This document shows, one piece after another, positions 58,774 through 64,000 of a DNA stretch of 64,000 bases. The position numbers and the translations under genes were made by a program. The notes beneath the pieces are model-generated. The model ran no database searches. It was not told the DNA's origin and worked only from the letters and a program-made list of their open reading frames with translations. This stretch comes from Pristiophorus japonicus (Eukaryota), in the NCBI RefSeq assembly GCF_044704955.1, contig NC_091995.1:54870001-54934000 (forward strand), given 5' to 3'. Each line of letters begins with the position of its first letter. The stretch's first letter is position 1.

Positions 58774-61700
58774 CCCCACACACTGTCCCCACACACTGTC
58801 CACACACACACTGTCCCCACACACTGTCCACACACACTGTCCCCACACACACTGTCCCCACACACACTGCGCACACACACACTGTCCACACACACACTGT
58901 CCCCACACACTGTCCACACACACTGTCCCCACACACACTGTCCCCACACACTGTCCCCACACACACTGTCCCCACACACTGTCTCCACACACTGTCCACA
59001 CACACTGTCCCCACAAACACACTGTCCCCACACACACTGTCCCCACACACTGTCCCAACACACACTGTCCCCACACACTGTCTCCACACACTGTCCACAC
59101 ACACTGTCCCCACACACACACTGTCCCCACACACACTGTCCCCACACACACTGCGCACACACACACTGTCCACACACACACTGTCCCCACACACTGTCCA
59201 CACACACACTGTCCCCACACACTGTCCCCTCACACTGTCCCCACACACTGTCCCCTCACACTGTCCACACACACTGTCCACACACACTGTCCACACACAC
59301 TGTCCCCACACACTCTCCCCTCACACTGTCCCCTCACACTGTCCACACACACACTGTCCCCACACACTGTCCCCACACACTGTCCCCACACACACTGTCC
59401 ACACACACTGTCCCCACACACAGTGTCCACACACATTGTCCACACGCACTGTCCCCACACACTGTCCACACGCACTGTCCACACGCACTGTCCCCACGCA
59501 CTTTCCACACACACTGTCCCCACACACACTGTCCCCACACACTGTCCACACAGACACTGTCCCCAAACACACTGTCCCCACACACTGTCCACACACACTG
59601 ACCACACGCACTGTCCCCACACACTGTTCCCACACACTGTCCACACACACTGTCCCCACACACACTGTCCACACACACACTGTCCACACGCACTGTCCAC
59701 ACGCACTGTCCACACACACTGTCCCCACACACACTGTCCACACACACTGTCCCCACACACTGTCCCCACACACTGACAACACACACTGTCCCCACACACT
59801 GTCCCCACACACTGTCCCCACACACACTGTCCACACACACTGTCCCCACACACAGTGTCCACACACATTGTCCACACGCACTGTCCCCACACACTGTCCA
59901 CACGCACTGTCCACACGCACTGTCCCCACGCACTTTCCACACACACTGTCCCCACACACACTGTCCCCACACACTGTCCACACACACTGACCACACGCAC
60001 TGTCCCCACGCACTGTCCATACACACTGTCCCCACACACACTGTCCCCACACACTGTCCCCACACACTGTCCACACGCACTGTCCACACGCACTGTCCAC
60101 ACGCACTGTCCACACACACTGTCCCCACACACACTGTCCACACACACTGTCCCCACACACTGTCCCCACACACACTGTCCACACACACTGTCCCCACACA
60201 CTGTCCCCACACACTCACAACACACATTGTCCCCACACACACTGTCCCCACACACTGTCCACACACACTGACCACACACACTGTCCACACGCACTGTCCC
60301 CACGCACTGTCCCCACACACACTGTCCCCACACACACTGTCCCCACACACACTGTCCACACACACTATCCCCACACACTGTCCCCACACACACTGTCCCC
60401 ACACACTCTCCACACACTGTCCACACACATTGTCCACACACACTGTCCCCACACACTGTCCACACACACTGTCCACAGACACTGTCCCCACACACACTGT
60501 CCACACACACTATCCACACGCACTGTCCCCACGCACTGTCCCCACACACTGTCCACACACACACTGTCCGCACACACACTATCCCCTCACACTGTCCCCA
60601 CACACTGTCCCCACACACTGTCCACACACACTGTCCCCTCACACTGTCCACACACACTGTCCACACACACCCGGTCCACACACACTGTCCACACACACTG
60701 TCCCCACACACTCTCCCCTCACAATGTCCCCTCACACTGTCCACACACACACTGTCCCCACACACACTGTCCACACACACTGTCCACACACACACGGTCC
60801 ACACACACTGTCCACACACACTGTCCACACACACTCTCCCCTCACACTGTCCCCTCACACTGTCCACACACACACTGTCCCCACACACACTGTCCCCACA
60901 CACTGTCCCCACACACACTGTCCCCACACACACTGTCCCCACACACACTGTCCCCTCACACTGTCCCCTCACACTGTCCACACACACTGTCCCCTCACAC
61001 TGTCCCCTCACACTGTCCACACACACTGTCCCCACACACTGTCCACACACACTGTCCACACACACACTGTCCCCACACACTGTCCCCACACACTGTCCAC
61101 ACACACTGTTCACACACACACTGTCCACACACACTGTCCCACACACTGTCTCCACACACTGTCCCCACACACACTGTCCCCACACACTGTCCACACACAC
61201 ACTGTCCCCACACACACTGTCCACACACACTATCCCCACACACTGTCCCCACACACACTGTCCCCACACACTCTCCACACACACTGTCCCCACACACTGT
61301 CCCCACACACTCACAACACACATTGTCCCCAGACACACTGTCCCCACACACTGTCCACACACACTGTCCCCACACACACTGTCCACACACACTATCCACA
61401 CGCACTGTCCCCACGCACTGTCCCCACACACTGTCCACACACACACTGTCCGCACACACACTATCCCCTCACACTGTCCCCACACACTGTCCCCACACAC
61501 TGTCCACACACACTGTCCCCTCACACTGTCCACACACACTGTCCACACACACCCGGTCCACACACACTGTCCACACACACTGTCCACACACACTGTCCCC
61601 ACACACTCTCCCCTCACAATGTCCCCTCACACTGTCCACACACACACTGTCCCCACACACTGTCCACACACACACTGTCCGCACACACACTATCCCCTCA

Positions 61701-64000
61701 CACTGTCCCCACACACTGTCCACACACACTGTCCACACACACCCGGTCCACACACACTGTCCACACACACACGGTCCACACACACTGTCCACACACACTG
61801 TCCACACACACTCTCCCCTCACACTGTCCCCTCACACTGTCCACACACACACTGTCCCCACACACTGTCCACACACACTGTCCCCTCACACTGTCCCCTC
61901 ACACTGTCCACACACACTGTCCCCACACACTGTCCACACACACTGTCCACACACACACTGTCCCCACACACTGTCCCCACACACTGTCCACACACACTGT
62001 CCACACACACACTGTCCACACACACTGTCCCACACACTGTCTCCACACACTGTCCCCACACACACTGTCCCCACACACTGTCCACACACACACACACTGT
62101 CCACACACACTGTCCCCACACACACTGTCCCCACACACACTGTCCCCACACACACTGCGCACATACACACTGTCCACACACACACTGTCCACACACACTG
62201 TCCACATACACACTGTCCACACACACTGTCCCCACACACTGTCCCCACACACACTGTCCCCACACACACTGTCTCCGCACAACTGTCCCCACACACACTG
62301 TCCACACACACTGTCCACACACACTGTCCCCACACACTGTCCACACGCACTATCCACAGGCACTGTCCACACGCACTTTCCCCACACACTGTCCACACAC
62401 ACTGTCCACACACACACTGTCCCCACACACACTGTCCACACACACACGGTCCACACACACTGTCCACACACACTGTCCACACACACTCTCCCCTCACACT
62501 GTCCCCTCACACTGTCCACAGACACACTGTCCCCACACACACTCTCCCCTCACACTGTCCCCTCACACTGTCCACACACACACTGTCCCCACACACACTG
62601 TCCCCACACACTGTCCACACACACTGTCCCCACACACACTGTCCCCACACACACTGTCCCCTCACACTGTCCCCTCACACTGTCCACACACACTGTCCCC
62701 ACACACTGTCCACACACACACTGTCCCACACACTGTCTCCACACACTCTCTTCTCACACTGTCCACACACACTGTCCCCACACACTCTCTTCTCACACTG
62801 TCCACACACACTGTCTCCGCACAACTGTCCCCACACACACTGTCCACACACACTGTCCACACACACTGACCCCACACACTGTCCACACGCACTATCCACA
62901 GGCACTGTCCACACGCACTTTCCCCACACACTGTCCACACACACTGTCCCCACACACACTGTCCCCACACACTGTCCACACACACACACACTGTCCACAC
63001 ACACTGTCCCCACACACTGTCCCCACACACACTGTCCCCACACACTGTCTCCACACACTGTCCACACACACTGTCCCCACACACACACTGTCCCCACACA
63101 CACTGTCCCCACACACACTGCGCACACACACACTGTCCACACACACACTGTCCCCACACACTGTCCACACACACACTGTCCCCACACACACTGTCCACAC
63201 ACACTGTCCCCACACACTGTCCCCCCCACACACTGTCCCCACACACTCTCTTCTCACACTGTCCACACACACTGTCCCCACACACTCTCTTCTCACACTG
63301 TCCACACACACTGTCCACATACACACTGTCCCCACACACACTGTCTCCGCACAACTGTCCCCACACACTGACCACACACACTGTCCACATACACACTGTC
63401 CACACACACTGTCCCCACACACTGTCCCCACACACTGTCCCCACACACTGTCCACACGCACTATCCACAGGCACTGTCCACACGCACTTTCCCCACACAC
63501 TGTCCACACACACTGTCCACACACACACTGTCCCCACACACACTGTCCACACACACACGGTCCACACACACTGTCCACACACACTGTCCACACACACTCT
63601 CCCCTCACACTGTCCCCTCACACTGTCCACACACACACTGTCCCCACACACACTGTCCCCACACACTGTCCACACACACTGTCCCCTCACACTGTCCACA
63701 CACACTGTCCCCACACACTGTCCACACACGCACTGTCCACACACACACTGTCCACACACACTGTCCCCACACACACTGTCCACACACACTGTCCCCACAC
63801 ACTGTCCCCACACACACTGTCCACACACACTGTCCCCACACACACTGTCCCCACACACACACTGTCAGCACACACACTGTCCCCACACACACTGCGCACA
63901 TACACACTGTCCCCACACACACTGTCTCCGCACAACTGTCCCCACACACTGACCACACACACTGTCCACATACACACTGTCCACACACACTGTCCCCACA
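58771..64000 (+). repeat. Same satellite array, right part, running off the window end
   Basis: Same monomers and variant markers resume directly after the LINE tail. Confidence 0.99.

Noticed and set aside
4133-64000. Hundreds of long His/Thr/Pro/Cys-rich (+) and Cys/Val/Gly-rich (-) ORFs, up to 3257 aa, resembling metal-binding or keratin-associated proteins
   Set aside because: They are open in all frames at once because the monomers rarely contain stops. Monomer lengths of 11, 13 and 17 do not preserve frame, and there is no gene context.
4283-64000. CRISPR-like array, or an RT-plus-repeat system (retron, DGR, telomerase-like)
   Set aside because: No unique spacers, cas genes or template/variable repeat pair. 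The DNA is vertebrate and the RT is an ordinary CR1 ORF2 with its own 3' tail, inserted after the flanking block duplicated.
4283-64000. Telomeric or centromeric identity of the array
   Set aside because: There is no TTAGGG tract, and centromere function cannot be inferred from sequence alone without CENP-A or methylation data.

Overview
Vertebrate genomic DNA, very probably from a cartilaginous fish (shark), judged from the beta-2-microglobulin sequence, a Deu-type SINE and shark-type CR1 LINE 3' ends. The first ~4.3 kb hold the 3' part of b2m: an Ig-C1 exon at 190-462, a 26-nt exon with the stop codon at 1536-1561, and candidate poly(A) signals. They also hold intronic repeats, a tRNA-derived SINE and an old CR1 fragment with a 45-bp internal inversion. 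From 4283 to the window end is a CA-rich satellite of mostly 11/13/15/17-bp monomers, CTGTCC(A/C)CA(CA)n, with nested higher-order duplications. It is interrupted by one young, 5'-truncated CR1 LINE (57003-58773) whose RT frame is uninterrupted. Nearly all long ORFs in the track are translations of the stop-poor satellite, not genes. The most unusual signals are inversions inside the array: a 28-bp A-tract cassette in 18 copies (counted by eye) found in both orientations between the same flanks, with all four orientation x SNP combinations; a template-switch hybrid at 22330-22412; and a ~0.5-kb fold-back inverted triplication at 40545-41062. I see no convincing novel protein-coding system; the best candidate for new biology is recurrent inversion and template switching in this b2m-adjacent satellite.
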